Virus record (IMG/VR): IMGVR_UViG_3300045391_004370
Span: 5,461-69,460 of that record
DNA length: 64,000 nucleotides
Reading direction: 5' to 3' (one strand)
Source: a virus
Taxonomy: Duplodnaviria; Caudoviricetes
In this document: one piece after another, positions 45,298 through 55,065 of the stretch
Layout of the letters: each line of letters begins with the position of its first letter
Position numbering within the stretch: position 1 is the first letter of the stretch
The notes under the pieces: model-generated
Databases searched by the model: none
What the model saw: only the letters and a program-made list of their open reading frames with translations
What the model was told of the DNA's origin: nothing
Program-made: the position numbers and the translations under genes

Positions 45298-45458
45298 AAG
45301 TAACAATAGTATGGGTACTATTGCATGCAGGACAGGATTATACCCATGATCGGTTTTGGCTAACTTGGAAGGAATGTGAGAAGGCCAAGTTGTCAGCCGC
45401 AGATGACTGCATCCCTGTCAGATACCCTTCCATGAAGGTGATCTATGCGGAAGATTAA
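45291..45458 (+). CDS. hypothetical protein
   Basis: Overlapping ORF chain. Confidence 0.4.
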   Translation: MVKVTIVWVLLHAGQDYTHDRFWLTWKECEKAKLSAADDCIPVRYPSMKVIYAED

Positions 45459-45651
45459 AGGTGGGTTACATAGTAGCATTGGTCTAGCGCTATGGGTCAT
45501 ATGCGTTCTGTTGGTGAGTTTCCTTTGCATCAATGTTGGTGCAAGTGTGTGGATGTCAAATGATCTGGACGAGCTTGACAAATGGGTATGTACCCTTTGC
45601 CTCTCGATTCCTGTCCTCGGCTTATTGGCGGTCTTCTTCGTTTGCGCATAA
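45445..45651 (+). CDS. two-TM membrane protein
   Basis: Two hydrophobic segments. Confidence 0.5.
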   Translation: MRKIKGGLHSSIGLALWVICVLLVSFLCINVGASVWMSNDLDELDKWVCTLCLSIPVLGLLAVFFVCA

Positions 45652-45679
45652 TGCCCTTAATTTGACCGAAAAATTCCTC

Positions 45680-45708
45680 TTGATGCCCCTCAAGTTTTGT
45701 GTTATACT
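45680..45708 (+). promoter_or_regulatory. promoter TTGATG-N17-TATACT
   Basis: Upstream of dcd. Confidence 0.6.
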
Positions 45709-45732
45709 ACACTACAATAAAGAGGGGCTCAT

Positions 45733-46206
45733 ATGATATTGTCAGGCGATCAGATCCGCCAACGGGGGATTATACATCCCCATAAATCCCGTACAGAGAT
45801 AACGAAGGCCGATACACGTCGGCTATCGTACGGCGAGGGTCCCGCAGGATATGATGTTCGCGTCGAGTTCGATGCACACAACGAGATCCGTCGGCGGGTT
45901 ATAAGACCTTCCGAATTCCTCCTCGCAAGCACCGTCGAGTACTTCATAATGCCGAACGATGTTATCGGACTAGTGAAGGATAAGAGCTCCTGGGCGAGAC
46001 GCGGGATTTCCGTCTTCAATACCGTCATCGAGCCTGGATGGTGCGGGTATCTAACATTAGAGATCGTCAACCACTCCGATATGCACGTCACGATCGAAAT
46101 GCTTGACCCGATAGCACAGGTCATCTTCGAATTGGTCGACGGTGCTGTTCAACCATACAACGGGAAATATCAAGGACAACAGAAGGGGCCACAGAATGCT
46201 CGATAA
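45733..46206 (+). CDS. dcd: dCTP deaminase (trimeric dUTPase fold)
   Basis: GYDVR, FLLASTVE, DKSSWARRG, TVIEPGWCGYLTLEI, IAQVIF. Confidence 0.85.
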   Translation: MILSGDQIRQRGIIHPHKSRTEITKADTRRLSYGEGPAGYDVRVEFDAHNEIRRRVIRPSEFLLASTVEYFIMPNDVIGLVKDKSSWARRGISVFNTVIEPGWCGYLTLEIVNHSDMHVTIEMLDPIAQVIFELVDGAVQPYNGKYQGQQKGPQNAR

Positions 46207-46486
46207 GCCGTTACACCCACGTGTTCCAGTGCATCGCAGGATGATGAGCGGCGCTGAACGAGGCGTCTTGGTAGTCTCCCTCATCGTAGCGATGCCCTGC
46301 GCTTGGCTCTTGTCAGGATATCTCCTGAACGAGCTCGGCCCGATGTACGCAGGGTTTCCGAACGTTGCCATCGTAATGGCAGGGATTTTAGGCTTCGGAG
46401 CTTGGGGACTCTTTGTGGCTGTTTGGTATATTGTGCTCGGGGCAATCCTCGGCGTCTTTACGCTGATCAATCACAACCGCTACTAA
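46196..46486 (+). CDS. membrane protein (2-3 TM)
   Basis: Hydrophobic segments. Confidence 0.55.
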   Translation: MLDKPLHPRVPVHRRMMSGAERGVLVVSLIVAMPCAWLLSGYLLNELGPMYAGFPNVAIVMAGILGFGAWGLFVAVWYIVLGAILGVFTLINHNRY

Positions 46487-46495
46487 GGCGTTGCC

Positions 46496-46843
46496 ATGAC
46501 GAGAGTTGTCAAAGCCGGTAAAGGTGTACGGCGAAAGCGACATAACAGACATGGATTCATCAACTTTGGTGGCAGGCATACCGGCCAGAAAGGTTCCGTG
46601 GAGCCGAATGATATTGTGGCTCTGCAATGGATCGCTCGTCGCATTAGCACATTCGGTTCTTGTACCGTCGACAATTTCGACGCCGCATTTGTACCTACTG
46701 GACGTGTTATTCGTTATGGTCTTAGGAATCATAACCTCGCACGGGAGTTCACCTTACCGTCACACGACACACGATACTTAGGGCTTACACCTAAAGGGGC
46801 TGCAATCCTTAAGCGCGGAGAGGAAGAGGGGCAGGATGAATAA
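46496..46843 (+). CDS. hypothetical basic protein, possibly winged helix
   Basis: C-terminal YLGLTPKG pattern. Confidence 0.5.
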   Translation: MTRVVKAGKGVRRKRHNRHGFINFGGRHTGQKGSVEPNDIVALQWIARRISTFGSCTVDNFDAAFVPTGRVIRYGLRNHNLAREFTLPSHDTRYLGLTPKGAAILKRGEEEGQDE

Positions 46844-47381
46844 ACATAATCCGTCAAGAGACGAGGACGAGTCGGAAGGCACAGCCCTTGGAGGAGGGGG
46901 CGCCAGGAGGCAAGGTGAGTCGGCCTTTGACCCAGCGGACCTAAACGAGTTCCTTGGCGATATCCATGAGACGTCAGAAGTCGAGGCTAACGGTATGCCG
47001 AGTCTCCGATGGATCAAGGATACCTTCCAGACCAAATCCGCAGCGATCCGCTACCTCAAGCTCAAAGGGTATAATGCCCGTGAAGTAGCGAACCATCTGC
47101 ACCTCAAGTATCAGCACGTCTACAACGTGATGCACCAGCAGTTGAAACGAGGGCCAAATGAAGTCTACACCGAAACGGTATGGCAGTGCTCACATAAAGA
47201 AAGCCATATCATCGTTGACGTCATCGTGCGCTGTGGTGAGAGAGATCCTGATAGCTCGAGGATTCTCTACCGCGTATGCGGAAAGTGTGCCGAGGGGCTT
47301 ATCCCAGGCGTTACGGATTCTGCAATCCGAGCTATACTCCCGGGACAAGCTGGGAAGGGAACTCCGGAAGCTGGGTCATAA
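46836..47381 (+). CDS. HTH DNA-binding protein (YQHV paralog family, copy 3) with Cys-containing C-terminal domain
   Basis: QTKSAAIRYLKLKG...LKYQHVYNVM; later CSH and CGKC. Confidence 0.7.
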   Translation: MNKHNPSRDEDESEGTALGGGGARRQGESAFDPADLNEFLGDIHETSEVEANGMPSLRWIKDTFQTKSAAIRYLKLKGYNAREVANHLHLKYQHVYNVMHQQLKRGPNEVYTETVWQCSHKESHIIVDVIVRCGERDPDSSRILYRVCGKCAEGLIPGVTDSAIRAILPGQAGKGTPEAGS

Positions 47382-47408
47382 GTGCAAAACCAAGAAAGAG
47401 GTGACGTA

Positions 47409-47606
47409 ATGCTGCTGCCGACATGGTTCAACGACGCACCAGAAGTCGTCGCTGCAAAACAGAAGGTGCGTCAGCGTCGCAAGATGTTGGCGTTTGCCAA
47501 GCTCCTCTCGAAACTCGTCATACGTGTCGAGAAGTGGGGCATGAGCCGCAAAGAGATCGCCTTGATCCTCTTGCAGCAGGGCGTCAGCATCAACATGGAG
47601 AAGTGA
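47409..47606 (+). CDS. hypothetical protein
   Basis: GAGGTG RBS. Confidence 0.5.
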   Translation: MLLPTWFNDAPEVVAAKQKVRQRRKMLAFAKLLSKLVIRVEKWGMSRKEIALILLQQGVSINMEK

Positions 47607-47613
47607 GGGTAAC

Positions 47614-48156
47614 ATGAAAGAGCCGCAAACCAAAGAAGAATGGTGGCGCATTTTCGACGCGATGCGTCAGAACGGTTCCATCGAGGCATTAGTTGGGCTT
47701 ATCTACAAGGATAGCCCAAAGGGAGGCGATACGCTCCTGCATCTTGACGCTGCATCTAAGATACGTGATCATGCGTCGATATACCAGATCCTCGAAGCTA
47801 TATGGGCGGATGCACCAGATAAGCGTCACATTCACGGGTGGCCTAACTGGAACTCACTCTGCGACCTTTGCTCGGAGTATCCGGTCTGCTTCGAAGGCTT
47901 TGAACTGCCCGAGATCGAAGGCGCGGAGGAACCGAAGGAGACAGAGGAAGGCTTCACGATGGATGACCTTGCACGGATGGAAGCCGTCCAGATGATCTGC
48001 AGCACAACCATCATCGATGCCGTTGCAAATTTCTTCCGAGGGACAGCATCCGTCGAAATTACCGAGGAACCTGGTGCGTCACCTGCCAAGAAGATACGCA
48101 CCATCCGTTTCATTCCCTCGCCTGAATTACCAGACACGGATACGAAAGTCAACTAA
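47614..48156 (+). CDS. hypothetical protein
   Basis: GAGGG RBS; IHGWPNW..LCDLCSE motif. Confidence 0.6.
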   Translation: MKEPQTKEEWWRIFDAMRQNGSIEALVGLIYKDSPKGGDTLLHLDAASKIRDHASIYQILEAIWADAPDKRHIHGWPNWNSLCDLCSEYPVCFEGFELPEIEGAEEPKETEEGFTMDDLARMEAVQMICSTTIIDAVANFFRGTASVEITEEPGASPAKKIRTIRFIPSPELPDTDTKVN

Positions 48157-48157
48157 C

Positions 48158-48451
48158 ATGATGCGCGTTAGGTTCGTGCACCTCAAGAAGCATATCGACA
48201 TCGGTGCCAATATGAAGGTACCGAAGAAGATCGAGCAGTTGCGTGCATGGTTCAATGAAGCCAGAAAGGCAATTCCGGAGATCCCAGATGGGTATCTTCC
48301 CTCACCGTGGCAAATTCGTCAGACCAACGCAACACCTCATTTGGTGGTGTTCGAACTTGACAACAGGCTTGAGCAGCATGACAAGAACTACGACTATTGT
48401 CATGTAGTGATTTACAGACGACCACAGGAGACAAGGCATGGAACGAAATAG
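48158..48451 (+). CDS. hypothetical protein
   Basis: Starts 1 nt after the previous stop. Confidence 0.5.
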   Translation: MMRVRFVHLKKHIDIGANMKVPKKIEQLRAWFNEARKAIPEIPDGYLPSPWQIRQTNATPHLVVFELDNRLEQHDKNYDYCHVVIYRRPQETRHGTK

Positions 48452-48713
48452 ATGCGACGTAATGGGTCGAATCCTCGGTACATATACCGACTTCGACTTC
48501 AGTAACGAATACCTGCTGTTCAACAGCTTCCTACCGCTACCGGAACTGTTAGCGTTGGGGCTGTTAGCATGCGATACCTTGGTGGTGCGTACTGACACTG
48601 GGCAGTTCGAATGCTACCGCGAAGACAACAAGTTCCACGAAGGGGATATCGTCCCCTTACTGGCAATAGCCCCGAAGGCTCTCAAGGAGGAGAAGTCCGA
48701 TGCAGAGACTTAA
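48438..48713 (+). CDS. hypothetical protein
   Basis: GGAG RBS. Confidence 0.55.
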   Translation: MERNRCDVMGRILGTYTDFDFSNEYLLFNSFLPLPELLALGLLACDTLVVRTDTGQFECYREDNKFHEGDIVPLLAIAPKALKEEKSDAET

Positions 48714-49218
48714 GCACACCGACGTCTTGATTGCGATCGAGAAGGGTCACATTACGACCAGCGATCCTGAGAGCGCACTCTTGAACGCGTTGGTCGATAC
48801 CCTGCGCTATTATGACAACATGGCGGGAGACGCTTTCAAAGCCCCTGCTCTATCGCAAGCGACGGCGGGCTTCATTGTCGATGAACTCGGTGAGATCCGT
48901 GCAGAAATCAAACCGCGGCAGATCTACGAGAAGCTGTTGTCCACTTTTCTGAAGGACAAGATCGGCACCGACTTCATCCCACCGCAGAGCAAGGAGAGCG
49001 AGAACGCTCCGATCGCCGGCGAGAAATACCAAGGAGCATTCAAATGGGTGAGCAAGCTCATCGCGGACCAGGATGCGATTTCACGATACCTGACCAATCG
49101 AGAGGCATTTGCTGCGGGTCTTGGAAAGTCCGTAGCCCAGTTGGATGCCGACGACTTCAAGAAGGTCAGCGAGTACTGGGAGTTCAGGACGTCGCTGAAG
49201 GCAGTAGAAGTCAAGTAA
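48700..49218 (+). CDS. hypothetical protein
   Basis: GGAGGAG RBS. Confidence 0.65.
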   Translation: MQRLKHTDVLIAIEKGHITTSDPESALLNALVDTLRYYDNMAGDAFKAPALSQATAGFIVDELGEIRAEIKPRQIYEKLLSTFLKDKIGTDFIPPQSKESENAPIAGEKYQGAFKWVSKLIADQDAISRYLTNREAFAAGLGKSVAQLDADDFKKVSEYWEFRTSLKAVEVK

Positions 49219-49236
49219 ACCTGTACAAAGTTTTAC

Positions 49237-49265
49237 TTGACTTCCTTGTTGTATTGTAGTATACT
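49237..49265 (+). promoter_or_regulatory. promoter TTGACT-N17-TATACT
   Basis: Upstream of the primase operon. Confidence 0.7.
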
Positions 49266-49290
49266 TGTTGTAAGCGCTAGGGGCAGATTG

Positions 49291-49539
49291 ATGACCAACG
49301 AGAGCGAAGACGCCATTCGTCAGAAGATTTCCAAGGTCTTCAGTCTGTACCCACGTATATCCCGTGCAATGCTGCATGTAGGTATTGGTAGTTCACTTCC
49401 TACTGCCGTGTGGGATCCTATCCTACGCCAGATGATCGATGAAGGGATCGTCAAGGAAGAGGTTATCGCGGTGGCCGGCTCCCGTGGTAGCCAAGTGTTA
49501 AGCCTGTGCGAACCCAAGCCAACTTTCAAAACTACTTAG
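49291..49539 (+). CDS. small winged-helix-like protein
   Basis: ISRAML...LRQMIDEGIVKEE pattern. Confidence 0.5.
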   Translation: MTNESEDAIRQKISKVFSLYPRISRAMLHVGIGSSLPTAVWDPILRQMIDEGIVKEEVIAVAGSRGSQVLSLCEPKPTFKTT

Positions 49540-49581
49540 TGCCTACAATGGGTCGACAGTCTTAGCACATACGGCGGAGCC

Positions 49582-51984
49582 ATGCTTGAACATCGCATAG
49601 AGGAAGACCTCGCGAAGTCAGGGTTGATTCCCTCTGATATCCGTGCGAGTGAATTTGGCAACCCAGAACGAGCGGCGTGTAACATTCCGCCCCAGATTCA
49701 AGGGTACCAGATCCCTTATTACGACATCGATGGCAAGCCAATCCCCTTTTATCGGGTGAGAGCGTTTGACTTCGAGCCTAAGTACAAACAAGTCAAGAAC
49801 ACTGGTAATTACCTGTACTTCCCTAAAGGGGTGAGAGCCCTGATCGAGAAGGAAGGGTATGTGATCATTACCGAGGGAGAGAAGAAGGCTGCCAAAGCTT
49901 TCAAGGAAGGCTTCCCGTGTGTCGCTTTGAGTGGTGTAGACTCTTGGAAGAACCGCACGATGACACTCCCTGAAGGGACGAAGTTCTCGCGAGTTCCCGG
50001 GAAAGACCAGATCTCCGTCAAGATGACCAACGAATTGCAGGATGCCGTCGAATTTGAGGCGGAACTAGCTCATGGTTTACAGCCTCTTATAGATCTGATA
50101 GTGTCCCGCAATCTGTTCGTGATCTTCTGCTATGACTCTGACGTCAACGGGGTGAGCTTCCCTGTGCAAAGAGCCTTGGCCAACTTGGCATTCGAAGTAC
50201 GCTACAAGGGCGTAGGCTTCCACAAGATCAAGCAGTTGATCCTCCCTAAACAGGAAGAGAAGGTAGGCATCGATGATTATCTGGCACAACGGGGTAGAAA
50301 CGCTTTCCAAGAGCTGGTCACTGCCACGCTCGCCAAGAAGAAGGGTTTCCCACAGCATCCTAATGTACAGGAATATATCGCTAAGAGACTCGGAGTTGCG
50401 GGTAAGCTCCAGCGGAAGGAAGTGCAACAGGTGGCGATCTGCGTACTGGCGGATCTCGACATGCGTGGAAGTCGGTTGCGCAATAAGAACACTGGCGATA
50501 TGTTCTTCTTCGATGACGCTACCCGCACCCTTATGGATGCCTCACTAAGAAGGAATCAACAAGATGTCCTCATCGACACCCCATTCAGCCGGTATCTTTG
50601 GCGTACTTACGGAATTGGACCTGCAGACATTAGAGTTCTTACCTGGCTCGCAACGCTCTTCACATCGGAAGACCCTATCGGAGAGGCTGAGCCCTCTAAG
50701 GTCATTGCCGTTAAAGGTGACACTATCTGTTACCAACTTAACGACGGACAATACCTTGCTGTTAGCGGAAATGCTGCGAAGCCGTTCGAAGTGCGCAATA
50801 ACGGGTCTGACGGCGTCTTGTTCGAGTCGGGGCTCGTCGAGCCTATCGTTGCAGCTGACCTTCTCAGAGAATGTGAACGACAGCTCAAAGAGCCCTACAA
50901 GCCGCTCTGGCCGCAAGTCCTCTCGCAAGTCCGTCTCAAGGAAAAGCCGCACCAAGTAGAGCTCCTATCGATGCTCTTCTACCTGTCCCCTTGGTTAAAC
51001 AGGTGGAGAGGAACGCAGCTGCCCATCGAGATGGCCATCGGAGAGCCCGGCTCGGGTAAGAGCTCGCTCTACGAACTGCGGCTGTTGACGCTGATTGGGA
51101 CTGCTGCCTTGCGTAATGCTCCGAACGACCTCAAAGATTGGTACGCCAGCATCTGCTCGACAGGCGGATTGCACGTTGTCGATAACCTGCAGATGTCCGA
51201 CAAGGTATTGCGTCAGCGACTTTCCGACGAAATGTGCCGTCTGGTGACGGAGAGCGTACCGCGCATCGAAATGCGGAAGTACTTCACCAATAAAGATCTG
51301 GTCAAGTTGCCTATCTATGTGACCTTTGGGATCACTGCGGTGAGTCAACCTTTCCATAATGCTGACTTGATGCAGCGCAGCGTCATCATCGAATTTGACA
51401 AAGGAGAGGAAGTTGTCGAGTACGAGAGCCGCTGGTCCAATGTCCAGCTTGACCGCTTTGGTGGCCGCGTTCGCTGGCTCGCACATCATATCACCGTTCT
51501 CCACCGATTCCTTCGTAGCGTGAGCAAACTCTGGGACGAACGATACAGGGCTAAGTATCGACTCATGCACGTCGAACAAGCTCTCATCGTTATGGCTCGA
51601 ACCTTGGGCTTTGATGATACTTGGATCCCCGACTACCTCGCCTCCGCTACTATGCAGGCTACAACTGACGCTGACTGGGCGTTTGAAGGCATCTGCGAGT
51701 TCGCTCGAGAGTTTGCATCGTCGGAAAGAAACCTTGGAAAGAGGTTTGATGCCTCAGACATTAGTGATTGGGCACAAGCAGAGGACGAGTATAAGCAGTG
51801 CATCCAGCTTACGAACACACGTTCGCTCGGACGATATCTGAAGTCTCATAAGCAGATGCTCGCCATTGCATGTGGTTGGAAGGAAATGGGTAAATATGGT
51901 AACAGGGATACCTATACCATCGAGAAGCTCCCTTCCTTCAGGACGAACGGCGCTGCAAAAGAAGGGCAAAAAATCGAGCCGTAA
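49582..51984 (+). CDS. DNA primase-helicase (DUF3854/TOPRIM primase plus P-loop helicase)
   Basis: IPYYDIDG, KYKQ, IITEGEKKA, VALSGV, FCYDSD, GIDDYL; GEPGSGKS; VVDN. Confidence 0.85.
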   Translation: MLEHRIEEDLAKSGLIPSDIRASEFGNPERAACNIPPQIQGYQIPYYDIDGKPIPFYRVRAFDFEPKYKQVKNTGNYLYFPKGVRALIEKEGYVIITEGEKKAAKAFKEGFPCVALSGVDSWKNRTMTLPEGTKFSRVPGKDQISVKMTNELQDAVEFEAELAHGLQPLIDLIVSRNLFVIFCYDSDVNGVSFPVQRALANLAFEVRYKGVGFHKIKQLILPKQEEKVGIDDYLAQRGRNAFQELVTATLAKKKGFPQHPNVQEYIAKRLGVAGKLQRKEVQQVAICVLADLDMRGSRLRNKNTGDMFFFDDATRTLMDASLRRNQQDVLIDTPFSRYLWRTYGIGPADIRVLTWLATLFTSEDPIGEAEPSKVIAVKGDTICYQLNDGQYLAVSGNAAKPFEVRNNGSDGVLFESGLVEPIVAADLLRECERQLKEPYKPLWPQVLSQVRLKEKPHQVELLSMLFYLSPWLNRWRGTQLPIEMAIGEPGSGKSSLYELRLLTLIGTAALRNAPNDLKDWYASICSTGGLHVVDNLQMSDKVLRQRLSDEMCRLVTESVPRIEMRKYFTNKDLVKLPIYVTFGITAVSQPFHNADLMQRSVIIEFDKGEEVVEYESRWSNVQLDRFGGRVRWLAHHITVLHRFLRSVSKLWDERYRAKYRLMHVEQALIVMARTLGFDDTWIPDYLASATMQATTDADWAFEGICEFAREFASSERNLGKRFDASDISDWAQAEDEYKQCIQLTNTRSLGRYLKSHKQMLAIACGWKEMGKYGNRDTYTIEKLPSFRTNGAAKEGQKIEP

Positions 51985-52013
51985 AAAGATTGAGTCAACC
52001 ATAATTTACCCCG

Positions 52014-52042
52014 TTGATTCGATCAAAGCAGTGTGATATACT
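52014..52042 (+). promoter_or_regulatory. promoter TTGATT-N17-TATACT
   Basis: Upstream of HTH copy 4. Confidence 0.6.
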
Positions 52043-52111
52043 CATTATGCTAGATGGGAGTGCTGAGTTACGCCCACGTAGTGCAAAACCGCCAGAACAA
52101 GGAGAGACCAA

Positions 52112-52486
52112 ATGGCGAAGGAAGTGAAGAACAAGGACGCCGAGAACGCCGCCGCATCTGCCCCTGCTGCCGAAAATGGTTCGGCTCCCGCGGCTGCTGC
52201 TGCTCCGGCCGTGAAGAAGACCGCGCATATGCGCAAGATCGTGCTGGAAGATGGCACGGAAATGACCCGCAAGGATTACATCCTGTCGCTCGTCAGCAAG
52301 GGCCTCAGCCGCTCGGAAATCACCGCCAACATCAAGGCGATTCCCGTCGAGCGCGGCGGCGACCCGGATTTCCGCTACCAGATCGTGTTCCAGGCGACCA
52401 AGGATCTCGATCCCGCGCAGTATCCGAAGTTGCTGGGTGGTGCCAAAAAGGCGGCTCCTGCTGCGGAAGCGCCTGCGCAGAGCTAA
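52112..52486 (+). CDS. HTH DNA-binding protein (divergent copy 4 of the YQ paralog family)
   Basis: TRKDYILSLVSKGLSRSEI...FRYQIVFQ; Ala-rich termini; biased codon use suggesting high expression. Confidence 0.65.
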   Translation: MAKEVKNKDAENAAASAPAAENGSAPAAAAAPAVKKTAHMRKIVLEDGTEMTRKDYILSLVSKGLSRSEITANIKAIPVERGGDPDFRYQIVFQATKDLDPAQYPKLLGGAKKAAPAAEAPAQS

Positions 52487-52530
52487 CTGCCCTCAGCGGA
52501 TCGGATCCGTCTCAGTGCAGTGAAGAGGTG

Positions 52531-52565
52531 AGCCCCAGTTTGAACCCTCAGCTGGGGCTCACTTT
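52531..52565 (+). terminator. Rho-independent terminator
   Basis: GTGAGCCCCAG / CTGGGGCTCAC followed by TTT. Confidence 0.7.
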
Positions 52566-52585
52566 GTATCGAGGGGAGGGCAACA

Positions 52586-53074
52586 ATGAACTTCTTCGAC
52601 CTTTACAAAGCAAACGTTACCGACCCTGATAAGCGGTTCATAGGCGATCTGCTCGCTCTTGACCCTGGAGAAACGACCGGATATGTTCATTTGAACATCG
52701 GTCCTGATGGCATAAACCTTAAGTCATTCGGGCAGATCTCCTGTGCACCGCTTCATGTTGGCATCGACAAGCTCGAGAAGCTGATCGACGACGTAAACCC
52801 AAAGCACGTGGTCTATGAAGACTACCGGGTTTATACCTTCAAAAGCGCCAGCCACTCCAACTCGGAACTTCACACACCCAAGCTTATTGGTGCCATCGAG
52901 ATGATGGTGCGGAAACGCAGCCACTCGAAGGAAATGGCACAACAAGCCAAGATGTTCGTGACTGACCAAAAGCTCGAGGAATGGGGCTATTGGTGGAAGG
53001 GAAAACGTCACGCAAGGGACGCTATGCGTCACGCCCTCTATTTTCTTATGTTCCGAGCATCAGTTTATCGTTGA
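52586..53074 (+). CDS. RuvC-like Holliday junction resolvase
   Basis: LALDPGETTG, VVYEDY, HARDA. Confidence 0.75.
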   Translation: MNFFDLYKANVTDPDKRFIGDLLALDPGETTGYVHLNIGPDGINLKSFGQISCAPLHVGIDKLEKLIDDVNPKHVVYEDYRVYTFKSASHSNSELHTPKLIGAIEMMVRKRSHSKEMAQQAKMFVTDQKLEEWGYWWKGKRHARDAMRHALYFLMFRASVYR

Positions 53075-53100
53075 AGACCTTTTAGACCTTATTGTATAAT
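53071..53100 (+). promoter_or_regulatory. promoter TTGAAG-N18-TATAAT with GACCTTATTG element
   Basis: Upstream of the 53136 ORF. Confidence 0.6.
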
Positions 53101-53135
53101 AGGGTATCATGAAACAGTGACAGGAGTTCACAAAC

Positions 53136-53468
53136 ATGTCGGGTAATGAGAGTCAGGTTTCCGAGTTGCGTGCTGAGGAGCCTGTGGGTATGCGCGAAGT
53201 GGATCCACAGGAAGTTGCCGAGAGCGGCAATAGCCGTGTGTCCAAGAAGATCATCGAGGAGTTCCTGGAGAGGAGAGTCCAGGTGGTCGAATTGAATCCG
53301 GACTTCTACAAGAAGCCCCAGTTCAATCTTCGCCAGATGCTCTCGACGTACGTCAAGAACCACGAACTGCCCATTCGCGTCTTCGAAAGCGGCACCAAGC
53401 TGCACTTGGAGCGTACCGATTGGGATCAGGTCGTCGATGAGAATGCCGAGAAGTCGGCGGAGTCGTAA
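53136..53468 (+). CDS. hypothetical protein
   Basis: AGGAG RBS. Confidence 0.65.
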   Translation: MSGNESQVSELRAEEPVGMREVDPQEVAESGNSRVSKKIIEEFLERRVQVVELNPDFYKKPQFNLRQMLSTYVKNHELPIRVFESGTKLHLERTDWDQVVDENAEKSAES

Positions 53469-53497
53469 GGACTGTAAAAATCTTTGGGGTGACGGTT

Positions 53498-53537
53498 ATT
53501 TGACACCTTGAGGACTACACAGACTTTATGCTATAAT
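53498..53537 (+). promoter_or_regulatory. phage promoter class ATTTGAC...GACTTTATGC-TATAAT
   Basis: Repeat of the 41325 and 45150 element. Confidence 0.7.
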
Positions 53538-53563
53538 CATTTGTAAGATTGCAGAGGGCCAAA

Positions 53564-53971
53564 ATGGCGAAGGACTTCAAGCTTTACGACAAACTATATG
53601 CGTCGTATCGCGGGAGGTTTTTTGCCTATGAGGACACTCGTGCGATCAATGCACACGCTGCAGTGATCACTGGATGGCCTTACAAGGTTTTCAATTGGTC
53701 TGCAGACGAAGTGCACCTTGCTGTCTATAATTCCCAGGGCTGGGAGGAATGGCAAAAGTTCAGAGTCTCGCTGAAGGGGCAAACGACCCAACTGAAGCTT
53801 GCACGACTCTATGGATGGGTACACCGGCCGGAAGGAACGAGCGAGATGAATCGCTGCCGCGTCGATAACTACCTGAACGCGCTCAAGCGCGGAGGACTGC
53901 TCGATGCAAAGATGCAGATCGTACCTACACAACCTCGTGTGAAGCGGGAAGAAAGGGCGAACGCACTATGA
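53564..53971 (+). CDS. hypothetical protein
   Basis: GAGGG RBS; RVDNYLNALKRGGLL motif. Confidence 0.6.
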   Translation: MAKDFKLYDKLYASYRGRFFAYEDTRAINAHAAVITGWPYKVFNWSADEVHLAVYNSQGWEEWQKFRVSLKGQTTQLKLARLYGWVHRPEGTSEMNRCRVDNYLNALKRGGLLDAKMQIVPTQPRVKREERANAL

Positions 53972-54303
53972 GCGACAAAAAGCCGTGGGATATGGATCCC
54001 GAGTCCTTGAAGGAACTCGAGAAGGAAGTAAAGCAGGAAGTCAAGAAGGACGAAGCGACCAAGTTCGTTTGCGACCTAATCGATAATGTAGTAGTTCATG
54101 CTGCAGCGCAGCAGCTAGTCGAAATGCTTGACACTATCGCTTCGTCATTCGCCGACTCCAAGGATAAGCGGAATCAGATGCTGATCAATCTGATACGCTC
54201 TTCACGGGACGAGCTCATGCAAAGTACTCCCGAAGGCATCAAAGTCGCGAAGATCCTGAACATCTGGATCAATCATGCGGTGAAGACTGGCCGCGCAAAA
54301 TGA
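53968..54303 (+). CDS. hypothetical protein
   Basis: ATGA overlaps. Confidence 0.55.
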   Translation: MSDKKPWDMDPESLKELEKEVKQEVKKDEATKFVCDLIDNVVVHAAAQQLVEMLDTIASSFADSKDKRNQMLINLIRSSRDELMQSTPEGIKVAKILNIWINHAVKTGRAK

Positions 54304-54578
54304 GTAAAGCCGGTGACAGTGAATATTGGATCAAGCCGATCGTAGGGAATACCAAAGCCTTCACGATCTCCAAGTTCATTGACGGTGACTTCAAAGAAGC
54401 TTATGTCACCGAGCCGACAGAATGCCAATGCAAAGGTGCGATTTACCATCGTACCCAATGCAAGCACATGAGGATCTTGATAGCCTGGCAACAATTGGGT
54501 AGTCCTACAGGCTGTTACTTCACAGTGAATAAGAAGGGCGACCCAAACGTGCATTTCATTCCCGACCAAGGAGAGTAG
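54300..54578 (+). CDS. SWIM zinc-finger protein
   Basis: ECQCKGAIYHRTQCKHM (CxC...CxH). Confidence 0.7.
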   Translation: MSKAGDSEYWIKPIVGNTKAFTISKFIDGDFKEAYVTEPTECQCKGAIYHRTQCKHMRILIAWQQLGSPTGCYFTVNKKGDPNVHFIPDQGE

Positions 54579-54579
54579 C

Positions 54580-54948
54580 ATGCAGAAGACCAAAAGGAAG
54601 AAAGCCAAGAGGGGGTCTGCGTGGACTCCCGAGCGTCGTGCGAAGTTAAGCGCGACACTGAAAATGAAACGTCGACTCGCCGAGAAGCCGAGCGATCCAG
54701 ACCCCGTTTCCGCGGTACCGCCACAGCCTCAGCCACTATTTGCGCCTCAAGCGACCAGAGAGTACACACTCCCTGAGATCTGCGCCAAGATCCAGTCGGA
54801 TCTCGATGCACTCAAGTTGCGTCGCGTAGAGCTTCTCGACCAACAGGTGCGTGTCGCCGAACAGCTGACATACGCCAATACCGACATTCAGATTGCTACC
54901 GATACACTGCGTCGTACTACCGAACAGTTTATCGCCACTATCCGCTAA
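54580..54948 (+). CDS. hypothetical protein (basic N-terminus, coiled coil)
   Basis: GGAG RBS; WTPERRAKLS motif. Confidence 0.55.
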   Translation: MQKTKRKKAKRGSAWTPERRAKLSATLKMKRRLAEKPSDPDPVSAVPPQPQPLFAPQATREYTLPEICAKIQSDLDALKLRRVELLDQQVRVAEQLTYANTDIQIATDTLRRTTEQFIATIR

Positions 54949-55065
54949 CGCGGCATTACAGTCGACGTAGGCAACTTACCCCGGGCGTGCTTACTGCAAT
55001 AGGTGTAAACCCCATCGCACCTCTTCGAATGCAGATCGCTCGGGGTCTTTTTCCACAGGCAATAT

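Noticed and set aside
52054-52629. 191-aa ORF overlapping HTH copy 4
   Set aside because: It spans a terminator and lacks an RBS, whereas 52112-52486 has an RBS, a promoter and biased codons.
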